Assembly (NCBI GenBank): GCA_963664395.2
Contig: OY761159.2
Location: 3,328,001 to 3,392,000, forward strand
Length of the DNA stretch: 64,000 nucleotides
DNA from: Candidatus Binatia bacterium
GTDB lineage: Bacteria; Desulfobacterota; Binatia; Bin18
Direction: 5' to 3'
Notes under the pieces: model-generated
The model's input: only the letters and a program-made list of their open reading frames with translations
Database searches by the model: none
What the model was told of the DNA's origin: nothing
Made by a program: the position numbers and the translations under genes
Part shown: one piece after another, positions 1 through 10,689 of the stretch
How positions within the stretch are numbered: position 1 is the first letter of the stretch
Layout: each line of letters begins with the position of its first letter

Positions 1-74
1 GTGTCGAATGGTGTCAATTGCATACCAGATCCACTATACACGAGCTGTGACGAAACGCCTCGGGAGGAAGTGAT

Positions 75-836
75 ATGGACACCTTTCAATATGAAACCGT
101 TCTGAGCAGGCTGGGCGACAGTGGGGTGCGCACCATCGCTCTGAACCGGCCGGAGCGCCTCAACGCCATGAACCAGCAGCTCATGGTCGATATTGCTCGC
201 GCCTTTGACGAAGCCAATGCTGATCCGGAGACCCGCGCCATCATCTTTACCGGTCAGGGCCGCGCCTTTTGCGCTGGCGATGACCGTAAGGCACATCGTC
301 AGCCGGCAAACGAAGCGCAGGCCAGAGAGGCCGTGGACGCGGTCCAGCGGGCGACCCTGGCGATTGTCTTTGGCGGGAAGCCGGTGGTGGGAGCCATCAA
401 CGGCTGGGCAGTCGGGGGTGGGTTTGAGTTGGCGCTCAACTGTGATTTTCCGATCTGGGCGGAAAGCGCTAGAGGGTTTTTCCCCGAAGTGTCGCTCAAC
501 GCCTTTGTGACGGGGGCCGTCTCCTCGCTTTTACCAGCCCTGGTCGGGCTGAACAAAGCCCGAGAAATGCTCTTTCTGGGCGAGCAGTATGACGCCCGCA
601 CCCTGCTGGACCTGGGCGTTGCGTGGCGCGTGGTCGGCGATGATCGTCTGCTTGCCGAGGCGCACAGTGTGGCGGAGAAACTGAGTAGCCTGCCGTCTCT
701 TGCCGTCCGAGCGATGAAGCGCGTGCTCAATCAGTGCGCGGCCAGCGATATCCACACCGCACTGCGACTTGAAACAGAGGCGACGGTTGCAAGTTTTCTC
801 GACCCGGAAACAACCGAACGACTCACGAATTTCTAG
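75..836 (+). CDS. Enoyl-CoA hydratase/isomerase (crotonase) family protein
   Basis: LNRPERLNAM, AFCAGDD and GWAVGGGFELAL crotonase motifs; GGAGG RBS upstream. Confidence 0.9.
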   Translation: MDTFQYETVLSRLGDSGVRTIALNRPERLNAMNQQLMVDIARAFDEANADPETRAIIFTGQGRAFCAGDDRKAHRQPANEAQAREAVDAVQRATLAIVFGGKPVVGAINGWAVGGGFELALNCDFPIWAESARGFFPEVSLNAFVTGAVSSLLPALVGLNKAREMLFLGEQYDARTLLDLGVAWRVVGDDRLLAEAHSVAEKLSSLPSLAVRAMKRVLNQCAASDIHTALRLETEATVASFLDPETTERLTNF

Positions 837-872
837 CCTGGTACACGGTAACAGCACGCGGCTCGACTATCC

Positions 873-1580
873 CTAGTCCTTTGCCTTCTCAGGGTTTGGT
901 ACCATCTTGCCATGACCGGGGATAATCCAGTCCGCGCGCTGTAAAACCTTTGCTCGACTCGTATTGAGCGCCTCTTGGTCCCAGGTCAGCGGGGCGTCTC
1001 CGGGGGTGATGTCGGGGAATGCCCAGGTATGTGTCAGGACGTAGGTCCCTTGGGCCGTCTCAACGACCAGCGACGCATCCTCTTCGGTATGTCCTGGGGT
1101 TTGCAGCACACGTATGCCGGGCGCAATGGCATACGCATCGCCATGATCTTCCCACAGGTCGCCGGTATACGTCGCCCAAAAATCGACCAGTTGGGCGTTG
1201 GGGAAGAGGGCAATATTCACGGTATGGTCGGGATGGTGATGGCTGATAAAGATATGGGTGACGTCCTCAGCGGAGACACCTTCTTTTTTCAGCGCGTCAA
1301 GAATGAGAGCCCGTTCTGCAACCATGCCGGGATCGGCGACCAGCGTGACACCCGCGCCTCGGACCAGGGCAACCGTCCCCGCCACATGTCTGGCGCCGTC
1401 ATCAGTCACACCGGGCATGGGCTGTCGCCCTTCTATCGGCTTGACATAGCCTTCAAGCAGAACGGTGACGGTGTTCGTGTTTGGTGTTTCCTGTCCCTGT
1501 ATTCCGAGGGGCGTACAAATAAACGCCACTCCCATGAGTCCAACCAGGGCAACGAATCGGCATCTTTTGGTGTGCAGCAT
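873..1580 (-). CDS. Secreted MBL-fold metallo-hydrolase
   Basis: HHHPDH (HxHxDH), TPGH and PGH motifs; start taken at MLHTKR with CAGGAGG RBS and a signal-like N-terminus. Confidence 0.85.
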   Translation of the reverse strand: MLHTKRCRFVALVGLMGVAFICTPLGIQGQETPNTNTVTVLLEGYVKPIEGRQPMPGVTDDGARHVAGTVALVRGAGVTLVADPGMVAERALILDALKKEGVSAEDVTHIFISHHHPDHTVNIALFPNAQLVDFWATYTGDLWEDHGDAYAIAPGIRVLQTPGHTEEDASLVVETAQGTYVLTHTWAFPDITPGDAPLTWDQEALNTSRAKVLQRADWIIPGHGKMVPNPEKAKD

Positions 1581-1733
1581 ATCTCCCTCCTGCTTGTTCC
1601 CTGACATAGCACTCCGGTCTGTGGGGAACCAGTCGTCTCGTTTCTCGCTTTTTTTACTCGGTGTGGCTATTATCACTGGCATTGGGATGGTGGTGAGTAT
1701 AACGCCTTGGGCAGACACATACTGGAGACGCAA

Positions 1734-3074
1734 ATGAGTGATCTATCCTCTGACGAGATCTTACGCCTGACTCGTGAGTACGGCCTGTACGAATGGGCCG
1801 CGCAGAAGGCGGTGAATCCAATCAGCGTTGACCATGCCAAGGGCGTCTACTTCTGGACGGTCGACGGCAAACGCTTTCTCGACTTCAACTCCCAGCTCAT
1901 GTGCGTCAATATCGGCCACGGGGATGAGCGCGTCCTGACTGCCATTCGGGAGCAAGCTGAGAAGCTGACCTATGTGATGCCGCATATCACGACCGAGCCG
2001 CGTGCCAGGCTGCATCAACTCCTGGCCGAGGTCAGCCCCGGTGCCCTCAAACGCTCCTTTTTGACGCTCAGCGGAGCGGAGGCCAATGAACACGCCGTTA
2101 GGATCGCCCGCTTGGTCACGCAGCGTCAGAAAATTCTTGTCCGCTACCGTTCCTATCACGGCGCGACAGCCGGAGCCGGAACGCTGACTGGAGAGCCGCG
2201 CCGCTGGGGAGCCGAACCAGGCATCCCCGGTGTTGTGCGGGCCATGGACCCCTACCGCTATCGGTGCCGCTGGTGTCAGGAGCAGCCAGCTTGTAACCTC
2301 AACTGCTTGAATCATGTTGAAGATGTCATCCAGTTTGAGGGCGCGCACACGATTGCCGCCGTGCTGATTGAGACCGTGACCGGAACGAACGGCGTGATCA
2401 TTCCACCCGACGGCTATCTGCCGGGGCTGCGCACCTTGTGCGATAAATATGGCATCCTGCTGATCGCCGATGAGGTCATGAGCGGCTTTGGCCGGACGGG
2501 GGAGTGGTTTGCAGTCAATCACTGGGATGTCGTGCCTGACATCATGACGCTGGCAAAGGGCTTAACGAGCGCCTATCTGCCGCTTGGCGCCATTATGGTA
2601 AACGACGAAATCGCGGCCCATTTTGAAGACAACGTCCTGTACGCCGGGTTGACCTATGGGGCGCATCCGGTCTCCTGTGCAGCCGCGATTGCCACCATTA
2701 AGGTCTACCAGGAAGACGGTTTGATCGAGAATGCCAAAAAGATGGGTACGGTCCTGGCTCAAGAGATGGAACGCTTACAGCACAAGCATCCCTCAGTCGG
2801 AGAGACCCGTTCCATTGGCCTGTTTGGCCTGTTCGAACTTGTCAAAAACCGTCAGACGCGCGAGCCTCTGGCCCCCTTTAACGCCACGCCTGCCGAGATG
2901 GGTCCTATGGCTCAGCTCGGCGCATTTTTTCGAGACAACGGTCTCTTTACCCTGGTCCGCTGGAACACCTTTTTTGTGAATCCGCCGCTGTGTATTACCG
3001 AGGCACAGCTCCGCGAGGGATTGGCTATTATTGACCAGGCGCTCGACATTACCGACGCGGCCGTTTTGTCCTGA
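1734..3074 (+). CDS. Class III PLP-dependent aminotransferase
   Basis: SYHG, DEVMSGFGRTG and LAKG (PLP lysine) motifs. Confidence 0.92.
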   Translation: MSDLSSDEILRLTREYGLYEWAAQKAVNPISVDHAKGVYFWTVDGKRFLDFNSQLMCVNIGHGDERVLTAIREQAEKLTYVMPHITTEPRARLHQLLAEVSPGALKRSFLTLSGAEANEHAVRIARLVTQRQKILVRYRSYHGATAGAGTLTGEPRRWGAEPGIPGVVRAMDPYRYRCRWCQEQPACNLNCLNHVEDVIQFEGAHTIAAVLIETVTGTNGVIIPPDGYLPGLRTLCDKYGILLIADEVMSGFGRTGEWFAVNHWDVVPDIMTLAKGLTSAYLPLGAIMVNDEIAAHFEDNVLYAGLTYGAHPVSCAAAIATIKVYQEDGLIENAKKMGTVLAQEMERLQHKHPSVGETRSIGLFGLFELVKNRQTREPLAPFNATPAEMGPMAQLGAFFRDNGLFTLVRWNTFFVNPPLCITEAQLREGLAIIDQALDITDAAVLS

Positions 3075-3281
3075 CGGCTCTTTTCGGGAGCAGGCGCGTA
3101 TCAACATCAACCGTAATGTCCAGAGTATGCCGGACCTGACCGCCTGCTGGAGTGCGATATTTTGGCATCTTGGCCATGAGACTGGGAACTCCTCTAGTGG
3201 GGTTGGTATTGTCCTACTGCCCTGCGGCGATATACCCTTCTGCACTGATTGCAGCCTAAGCGAAAGGTGGGGGTACACGGT

Positions 3282-4595
3282 ATGAGAGTAATGACGAGGA
3301 GGGCGCTGATCCGCTCCGGTCTGAGCTGCTGCTTGACCGCCCCCTGGTTGGAGCCTCTGATGGCGCTCGCCAACACAGACGCCAGCCAGTCTGCGCCGCA
3401 GACGGCATCCGGCTTGACCGACACTGAGATTATTCTCGGCATGTCCGCAGCATTCTCCGGCCCGTCCCGAGGTTTGGGCGTCGAACTGCATCGAGGCGCC
3501 AGCGCGTACTTCGCACACGTCAATGAGCAAGGGGGTATCGCGGGCCGCAACGTCATTCTCAAAACGTATGACGATGGCTACCAACCCGACCCTTCCATCA
3601 AGAACACCCTGAAGCTGATACGGCAAGACCGGGTGTTTCTGCTATTCGGTTACGTTGGAACGCCGACGGTCACGCGCGTACTTCCCATGCTCAAGAAGTT
3701 CCAGGACAGAAACATCTTTTTGTTTTTTCCCTTCACTGGTGCCCAGCCGCAGCGGGAACCTCCGTATGGAGACTTCGCGTTTAATCTGCGTTCCTCCTAT
3801 CGCCAGGAAACCGCGGGTCTCGTCGACAATTTCGTTCGCATCAACCGAAGACGCCTCGCCGTGTTCTATCAAGCGGATGCCTATGGACGCAGTGGCTGGG
3901 CGGGTGTCAGACGCGCCCTGAAGAGGCACGGGGAACGGATTGCGGGCGAGGCGACGTACCGCCGCGGCGAAAGGTTCACCGGAAGCATGCGCAAACAGGT
4001 CGAAATACTGAAGGCGTCAAAGCCCGAAGCGGTGATCTGTATCGGCTCCTATGCGGCCTGCGCGGCCTTTATACGCGACGCCGTAGACCTCGGCCTGCAC
4101 GTGCCGATTGCCAACCTGTCCTTTGTTGGCAGCGAAGACCTTTTGAAACTTCTCACTTTCTGGGCGCTTACTGAGAGGCATGGCGACAGCGAAGCGTATA
4201 CGCGACTGCTCGTAAACTCCCAGGTGGTCCCGAGTTACGAAGAAGCCTCCATGCCAGCTGTCAAAGAGTATCGTACATTGATCCGACGCTACAACCCGCA
4301 GCCGCCTATAGAACTGTTGAAAGAGGCCTACCTGTCCTCTGAGTTCAGCTTCGTCAGCCTCGAGGGATTTATCAACGCCAAGTTAATGGTTGAAATTCTG
4401 CGCCGTCTTGGCGACAAGCCGGAACGGAGCCAGCTCGAGCGCGCAGTCTTCACCGTCCAGGATTTCGATCTGGGCATCGGCGAACGGGTCTCCTTTAGTC
4501 CCGGTCGCCGACAGGGTCTACAGCAAGTCTACTACACCGTTGTTGATAAAGGCCGTTTTGCCACTCTGGACAATTGGGAAGATAGGTTTGCATAA
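3282..4595 (+). CDS. Type 1 periplasmic (Leu/Ile/Val-like) solute-binding protein with Tat-like signal
   Basis: TRRALI twin-Arg signal; GMSAAFSGP, DDGYQP and GYVGTPT motifs. Confidence 0.85.
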   Translation: MRVMTRRALIRSGLSCCLTAPWLEPLMALANTDASQSAPQTASGLTDTEIILGMSAAFSGPSRGLGVELHRGASAYFAHVNEQGGIAGRNVILKTYDDGYQPDPSIKNTLKLIRQDRVFLLFGYVGTPTVTRVLPMLKKFQDRNIFLFFPFTGAQPQREPPYGDFAFNLRSSYRQETAGLVDNFVRINRRRLAVFYQADAYGRSGWAGVRRALKRHGERIAGEATYRRGERFTGSMRKQVEILKASKPEAVICIGSYAACAAFIRDAVDLGLHVPIANLSFVGSEDLLKLLTFWALTERHGDSEAYTRLLVNSQVVPSYEEASMPAVKEYRTLIRRYNPQPPIELLKEAYLSSEFSFVSLEGFINAKLMVEILRRLGDKPERSQLERAVFTVQDFDLGIGERVSFSPGRRQGLQQVYYTVVDKGRFATLDNWEDRFA

Positions 4596-4596
4596 C

Positions 4597-5334
4597 ATGA
4601 AAGTACAAAAGCTTTTTCAGAAAACATTATTCGGCGTTTTCTCGCTGTTCGGTGTGATTAGCCTGTCAACCTCCGTTCTGTGCGTCTATACGGTCGATAC
4701 GCACTTGTCAGAGGAATACGAGAGCAATAGCAAGGATATCGCCAAGACCCTGGCTGATGCCAGTGTGGACATTCTCTTGAATCGGGACCTGGCGGCTCTG
4801 CAATCGCTCATCGATCAATTTGTCGAAATTCGGAGCATACGATACATCTATATTACGGACGAAGCCGGCGATTTTATCGCCCACACTTTTGTCCCCGGAA
4901 TTCCCGAAGAAATTCGAACGGGGGACCGGAACAACACGGCGCCTGTGGAGCGCCGCCTGCCCGGGATGGGCGATTTCGTGGAGGTTGGCAGTCCGATTCT
5001 GGCCGGCGTTGCGGGCACCGTTCATGTCGGCATGGACACCGGTCTGATTGCGCTGAAGATTCAAAGAGCAATCGGTCGACAGATCTACCTCATCTCCATT
5101 ATACTTGTGGTTGGCGTCCTGGCCGCCATCTGGTTCGTCAACCTTGCGGCGAAGCCCCTGGGCGACCTCCTCGCGTATGCCGTGGGTCTCGCACGTCACC
5201 AGGAAGACCGACCGGATGAAAAGCTTCTGGCACGTGACGATGAGGTTGGACAACTGGCCCGACTCTTCTTCTATTTTGCAGAGTTCGTGGATGCCGAAGG
5301 GGGACGGCGCGTACCGCCCGGAAGCGATAGTTAG
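4597..5334 (+). CDS. Two-TM sensor-like membrane protein with C-terminal HAMP domain and no output domain
   Basis: Two hydrophobic segments flank a periplasmic domain; KPLGDL...DDEVGQLARLF HAMP motif; starts 1 nt after the upstream stop. Confidence 0.75.
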   Translation: MKVQKLFQKTLFGVFSLFGVISLSTSVLCVYTVDTHLSEEYESNSKDIAKTLADASVDILLNRDLAALQSLIDQFVEIRSIRYIYITDEAGDFIAHTFVPGIPEEIRTGDRNNTAPVERRLPGMGDFVEVGSPILAGVAGTVHVGMDTGLIALKIQRAIGRQIYLISIILVVGVLAAIWFVNLAAKPLGDLLAYAVGLARHQEDRPDEKLLARDDEVGQLARLFFYFAEFVDAEGGRRVPPGSDS

Positions 5335-5448
5335 TTCTTAACTCCGGAGGATTTCCACAGAATGTCCAGGCATATGGGCATGGCTCGTCGGATCAAGACG
5401 AAGTCCTGCGAGCGGTTGAGGCTGAGTGGCGATTGAGGGCTCTTGGAA

Positions 5449-6759
5449 ATGGCGAAACAACAAAGAATCCCTATTCCGCGTACGATTATCGTACTGTTAT
5501 GCACCCTCCTGCAGATTTGCTTCGGGACCGTGTATGCGTGGAGTTTCTTTCAAACGCTTCTGGTCAGACAGCTCGGTTGGTCGTTCACGGAAACGGCCTG
5601 GGCCTTCAGCCTCGCGATCTTTTCGCTGGGTACCTCCGCGGCCTGGGCCGGCGCTATGCTGCCACGGTTCGGACCGCGCAGATTGGCGCTGGCCGGGAGC
5701 GTCATGTTTTCGGGCGGCTATGTGATCGCCAGTCTCGCGCTTCACCTGAACTTTGTTGAGCTCTTTTATCTCGGCTACGGTGTGATCGGCGGGGCGGGAA
5801 TCGGGCTTGGCTACGTGACGCCGGTCGCAACCGCGGCGAAGTGGTTTCCAGACCACAAGGGGTTGGTGACCGGGATCGTCGTGATGGGTTTCGGCGTGGG
5901 CGCGTTTCTTTTGAGCAAAGTGCTGGCGCCGCTGCTCGTGCTGTGGGCGGATGGTGACCTGCCGCTCGTCTTCTTGTGGCTCGGGATTGTATTTGCCTGT
6001 ATTTTACTGCCTGCCAGCTTTGCGTTAAGCGATCCCCCGACCTCTGCTGTGCCTGCGGCCGCAAGTCAGCAGAGCGACGACTCCGACTCTGTCGTGCCCT
6101 ACCTCCGGTCTCCTGGGTTCATCCTCATGTGGACCGTCTTTTTTTTCAACATCGTCGCGGGGATATCCGTTATCAGCTTTCAGTCGGAACTCCTGCAGGA
6201 AGTGTGGGGACTGGCCGACCCGTCGTTGGAGCCGGCGACGCTCGTCGAGTATGGGGCGACACTGATCGCCGTCAGTTCGCTGTGCAACGGCGCGGGGCGG
6301 CTGTTCTGGGGGTTACTATCGGACCGTATTGGGCGCGTCAGGGTTTTCAGAATTCTGCTCGCCAGTCAGATGATCGTTTTCGGTATTTTGATGACAGAAC
6401 GTAATCCCTGGATATTTTCGGCGCTCGTGTGTTATGTCCTCTTATGCTTCGGAGGCGGCTTTGCCACCATGCCCTCTTTCGTTCTCGATGTTTTTGGCGC
6501 GAAAAAGATGTCCACGATTTACGGGGCCATTCTGACGGCCTGGGCCGCGGCGGGGATCTTCGGCCCGCTCTATGTGGGGCATTTGAAAGACCAATATCCC
6601 GACCGGGCTGTCATGTATTGCTTTTTGATCGGGATTCTGATGCTTGGCCTTGGCTATGTATTCTCTTATTTGTTGAACGACGACCGCATTCGCCTGCATC
6701 GCCCGACATTGGAAAGTACGCTGCGTCAGTATGGCATTTCGCCTCCTCGGCGCGTCTGA
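5449..6759 (+). CDS. OFA-family (oxalate/formate antiporter-like) MFS transporter
   Basis: GTVYAWS, GLGYVTPV..KWFPD.KG and GRLFWGLLSDRIGR motifs; about 12 TM segments. Confidence 0.88.
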   Translation: MAKQQRIPIPRTIIVLLCTLLQICFGTVYAWSFFQTLLVRQLGWSFTETAWAFSLAIFSLGTSAAWAGAMLPRFGPRRLALAGSVMFSGGYVIASLALHLNFVELFYLGYGVIGGAGIGLGYVTPVATAAKWFPDHKGLVTGIVVMGFGVGAFLLSKVLAPLLVLWADGDLPLVFLWLGIVFACILLPASFALSDPPTSAVPAAASQQSDDSDSVVPYLRSPGFILMWTVFFFNIVAGISVISFQSELLQEVWGLADPSLEPATLVEYGATLIAVSSLCNGAGRLFWGLLSDRIGRVRVFRILLASQMIVFGILMTERNPWIFSALVCYVLLCFGGGFATMPSFVLDVFGAKKMSTIYGAILTAWAAAGIFGPLYVGHLKDQYPDRAVMYCFLIGILMLGLGYVFSYLLNDDRIRLHRPTLESTLRQYGISPPRRV

Positions 6760-7136
6760 TTCCCGCTCCCCCTACGTCTCTCCAGGGCGTCCTTCTGCTG
6801 GCGCTTTTTTTACCCGTACAGTACACTGGGCGTATGCTGTATGCTTGTTCACCTGACGATGGTTTTGACGACGAGGATGATGAGGACGAACGCTGTCCGT
6901 GCTCTATCCTCATTCGATGGCCCCGCCCACACGCCGTGAGGCCATTACAACCAAAATAATCGAGAGGCCTGCGGCCCGCCCGCTTGAGTCTGAATCAAAC
7001 AAAGAGAGCCTCAGGCTTGCCTTTCCAGCCTGTTCTCTCTATAGGGATGCAAGGAATTTGACCCATACGCCGGGACTATGACCGCACGTGTGGCTGTGTC
7101 ATAGAGACGTGCCTGCGCACATAAAGGAGAGACGCC

Positions 7137-8870
7137 ATGGCTGAGTTTGATGTGCATATTAAAGGGGGAACGGTTGTTGACGGGACCCGCGTCCCGCGCT
7201 TTCAGGCTGATGTCTGGATTAAAGATGGAAAAATCGCCCAACTCGGCGGTCGGACGCCTGGCAGTGCGCACAAGGTCATTGATGCCGACGGGCTGATTGT
7301 TGCGCCTGGGTTTGTTGACCTGCATACCCATTATGACGCTCAGATTCGCTGGGACCCCTGGTGCACGATTTCCGGCTGGCACGGCGTGACCTCGGTTGTT
7401 CTTGGCAACTGCGGCTTTGGCTTTGCCCCGGTCAAACCCGATTTTCGGGAACGGTCCATGCTTACCATGACGCGCACGGAAGCTATCCCGTATGATTCCA
7501 TGAAAGAGGGCATGACCTGGGACTGGGAAACCATCCCTGAATATCTGGACTCGCTTGCCCGCTCGGCCAAAGGCGTCAACTGTATCCAGTATATGCCCAC
7601 TGCGTCGTTAATGACCTATGTGATGGGACTGGAGGCCGCCAAGTCCCGCACCGCCACGGATGCCGAAAAGAAAGAGATGCAGCGGCTCTTGCACGAAGGC
7701 ATGGATGCCGGACTGTGCGGCTTCTCGATTCAACGGCTTGGCCCCGACTCAACGCAAGCTGATTATGATGGCTCCCCCATGGTGACAGACATCATGGCGG
7801 ACGAGGACATTCTGAGCCTGGCCGAAGTCCTGCGGGGGCGAGACGAGGGATGTATCCAAATCACCCAGTCAACCGGGCATATTAAGGCCGACCTTGCCTT
7901 TTTGGAAAAACTGGCGGAAACCGCCCGACGGCCCATTCTGCACAACGTCATTGTCGCGGCCCGCAAGGACCCGAAGATCCACCGCCGGAGTTTGGACTGG
8001 CTGGAGCGCTGCCAGGAGAAGAACCTGCCGATCTATGGCCAGACCGGAACGCATCGGACGGGCTTTGCGTTTACGCTCGAACACTGGAATCTGTACGACG
8101 CGAGTCCTGCCTGGCGTGAGCTGACGACCGGAACGAAGACCGACAAGCTGGCCAAGATGAAAAACCCGGCCCTGCGCGCAGCAGTCAAGCGCGAGACCGA
8201 AGAAGCGGACCGTAAGCTGCAAGTGATCCAGGCGGGTGTTGGCGGTCCGATTCAAAGACTGATCGTCCAGACGGCCAACAATCAAACCGAGCTGGAACAC
8301 TATGTGGGTAAATCTGTCGGTCAGATTGCAGAAGAAGAGGGGAAAGACCCCATCGACGTCATGCTCGACCTGTCGCTTGCCGGTGATCTGAATGTCGAAT
8401 TCCTTGGACCGGACCGTGGTTTTAATGCCGAGCATACGGCCGAGATGATCAACGATTCGTACTTTACCGTTCCGGGAGCCTCAGACGGTGGTGCGCATAC
8501 CAAGTTCTTCACGGGTGGCGCTTTTACGACCGACTTCCTGCGTTGGTTAGTCCGGGATGAACACCTGATTAGCTTGGAAGAAGCCCATTACCGACTCTCT
8601 GCGCTTCCTGCTCATGCGGCCGGCTTCCGTGATCGTGGGGTGTTGCGTGAAGGCGCGGCAGCCGATGTGGTGGTTTACAATCTGGATGAATTGGACATCG
8701 AGCCGAATTGGATTGGTGAGATCGTGCATGACTTTCCCGGGAATGAATGGCGCCGGATTCAGCGGGCCAAAGGCTACCACGCGATCCTGGTGAACGGGGT
8801 CCAAACGTTCGAGGATGGCGAGTGTACCGGGGAAACACCGGGCCAGTTGCTGCGCAACGGGAGAGGCTAA
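7137..8870 (+). CDS. N-acyl-D-amino-acid deacylase-like amidohydrolase
   Basis: PGFVDLHTHYD, GNCG and SDGGAH motifs; AAGGAG RBS. Confidence 0.9.
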   Translation: MAEFDVHIKGGTVVDGTRVPRFQADVWIKDGKIAQLGGRTPGSAHKVIDADGLIVAPGFVDLHTHYDAQIRWDPWCTISGWHGVTSVVLGNCGFGFAPVKPDFRERSMLTMTRTEAIPYDSMKEGMTWDWETIPEYLDSLARSAKGVNCIQYMPTASLMTYVMGLEAAKSRTATDAEKKEMQRLLHEGMDAGLCGFSIQRLGPDSTQADYDGSPMVTDIMADEDILSLAEVLRGRDEGCIQITQSTGHIKADLAFLEKLAETARRPILHNVIVAARKDPKIHRRSLDWLERCQEKNLPIYGQTGTHRTGFAFTLEHWNLYDASPAWRELTTGTKTDKLAKMKNPALRAAVKRETEEADRKLQVIQAGVGGPIQRLIVQTANNQTELEHYVGKSVGQIAEEEGKDPIDVMLDLSLAGDLNVEFLGPDRGFNAEHTAEMINDSYFTVPGASDGGAHTKFFTGGAFTTDFLRWLVRDEHLISLEEAHYRLSALPAHAAGFRDRGVLREGAAADVVVYNLDELDIEPNWIGEIVHDFPGNEWRRIQRAKGYHAILVNGVQTFEDGECTGETPGQLLRNGRG

Positions 8871-8895
8871 GAACAGTGTTCACCCGGGTTGATTC

Positions 8896-8925
8896 AAGGG
8901 CGGCCGAGTGGCCGCCCTTTTTATT
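8896..8925 (+). terminator. Rho-independent terminator
   Basis: AAGGGCGGCC-GAGT-GGCCGCCCTT stem followed by a T-rich run, 25 nt after the stop. Confidence 0.85.
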
Positions 8926-8955
8926 CCCGCTCTTCATACGGGATAGCATTCCATT

Positions 8956-8987
8956 AAAGATTCGGCTCCGCAAAGATTCGGCTCCGC
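8956..8987. repeat. 16-bp tandem duplication AAAGATTCGGCTCCGC x2
   Basis: Read directly from the sequence. Confidence 0.9.
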
Positions 8988-9144
8988 TGGAGCATGCGTC
9001 GTTCCGGTATCGAAGAGACCTCAGAGCTAGAGACCGGGCGGGGAGAGCCTCTCTGGGCTGACGCTATTCAGCTGGTCCTCTCCCTGGTATACTTCACTGC
9101 CCACGTTCACGAGAAGGATGTGGAGATGATTGAGAGATGATGCG

Positions 9145-9606
9145 ATGAGTCAGCTTCCCGCAGTTGTTCGCATAGGTTTCAAACCCGCCTCTACGCTGTC
9201 CCCCGCCCGCTCTCACTTCCTGTGCCCGGCCTGTTTCTGGGTCGGTCTGCCGCAGCCTCGTACGCCCGGTTCGCTCGTCATTGAAAGCCTCTTGTGGGGA
9301 CTCGGAGTGACAAGCAGCATGGGGCTGCTGCTGTGGGCGGGACAGCTCTCTCTGGTCCCGGTTGCACTGCCGTGTCTCCCTGGTCTGGGTTACTCAGTGT
9401 GGAGACGCTATCGCCGTCCGGCAGCCTGTCCTCGGTGCGGTATGCATTCGCTGCTGCCTGAAGAGGCGGTGTATCCCCCGGCCTGCTCTCATTTTCTTTT
9501 TAGTACGGAGCCGCGGCGTACGCCAGATGAAAACTATGAGCGGGCGTCCGCTGGCAACGCCCCTCCTCCAATCGCAGCTCTTGAGTCATCATCAAAGGTC
9601 CGTTGA
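9145..9606 (+). CDS. Membrane protein with split Zn-ribbon (CPAC...CPRC around a hydrophobic hairpin), LITAF-like architecture
   Basis: Two CxxC motifs flank TM segments; start uncertain. Confidence 0.55.
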   Translation: MSQLPAVVRIGFKPASTLSPARSHFLCPACFWVGLPQPRTPGSLVIESLLWGLGVTSSMGLLLWAGQLSLVPVALPCLPGLGYSVWRRYRRPAACPRCGMHSLLPEEAVYPPACSHFLFSTEPRRTPDENYERASAGNAPPPIAALESSSKVR

Positions 9607-9635
9607 ACACGGGCACCAAGACAGGAGTCATATCC

Positions 9636-9872
9636 ATGAGCCCAGGTGAGGTGATCTGCGACTACAAGGGAAAATATACCTCGCTCAAAGTCCTTCCTTT
9701 TGAAGACGCCAGCCGGGAAGTCTCCCTTGAAGGAACATTGGTGTCCGAGTATCAGGGCCGATTGAGTGGCACTGAAGTCGGAACGGTATACTGGCGCCAG
9801 GCGTCCGATGGAACAGCGACCCTTGAAGGCGAAGGCGACTTCTCCGAAGCCGTCGGGCAGTTCTACGCCTGA
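9636..9872 (+). CDS. Hypothetical protein, possibly truncated
   Basis: AGGAG RBS and protein-like composition; no family recognised. Confidence 0.4.
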   Translation: MSPGEVICDYKGKYTSLKVLPFEDASREVSLEGTLVSEYQGRLSGTEVGTVYWRQASDGTATLEGEGDFSEAVGQFYA

Positions 9873-10047
9873 CGCGGCCACGGGGTACAGGAGTACGCGC
9901 CGACGCCGAGCACCCCTCACAATGAAAAGAGGATATTATGTGGACCAGGGTCACACAGACAACCAAGGACGTGACCGCTTATCAGTTCCGTCGGTGCAGT
10001 GTCGGTCTCGGACAAGAGCCGAATCGGCATGTCCCGAGTACGAGGCT

Positions 10048-10674
10048 GTGACGCACTTGATCCGGCTGTATAAGCCGCCTCAGCACCGTCGTCTTTTGCG
10101 TGCTATTGCCTTTGATCTCGACAGCACGCTCACGCGGCCCTATCTGGACTTCACGCGCCTCAGAGCCCAACTTGGCCTGCCTGAGGGCGATATCCTGCAA
10201 TGGGCGGACTCTCTCCCGCCGCGCCCACGGGCTGAAGCCTTTGCCACGATTGAGGCCTTTGAACAAGACGGAGTTGAGAATGTCGCCTGGAACGACGGCG
10301 CACCGGAAACGTTAGCGGCTGTCCAAGCGTGCGGCCTGCCTGTGGCCATTATTACCCGGAACAGCCGGACTTCGCTCAAAGCCGTCTGTGCGCACTTGGA
10401 CATACGCGTAGACGTCCTCATTGCCCGAGAGGACGCAGCTCCCAAGCCGGACCCGGCCTGCGTACAGCTGGCGAGCGCACGCCTCGGTGTTCGCGTAGAG
10501 ACGCTGCTCATGGTGGGAGACTTTCGGCACGATACTGAGGCTGGACGCGCGGCTGGCGCCATGACGGTCCTCCTGACCAATGGCAAAACGCCAACCTGGC
10601 CGGTTGAGGCCGACCTGGCGATTACCCGTCTGCCTGAGCTATTGTCCTATCTGGAATCTGTGACACAAACATAA
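10048..10674 (+). CDS. HAD-family hydrolase
   Basis: FDLDSTL, ITRN, KPDP and MVGD motifs; GTG start inferred. Confidence 0.85.
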   Translation: MTHLIRLYKPPQHRRLLRAIAFDLDSTLTRPYLDFTRLRAQLGLPEGDILQWADSLPPRPRAEAFATIEAFEQDGVENVAWNDGAPETLAAVQACGLPVAIITRNSRTSLKAVCAHLDIRVDVLIAREDAAPKPDPACVQLASARLGVRVETLLMVGDFRHDTEAGRAAGAMTVLLTNGKTPTWPVEADLAITRLPELLSYLESVTQT

Positions 10675-10689
10675 AGAAGGAGGACACCC

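Noticed and set aside
9636-9975. UGA read-through after 9872 as a second selenoprotein
   Set aside because: No redox-like motif, convincing hairpin or recognisable continuation.
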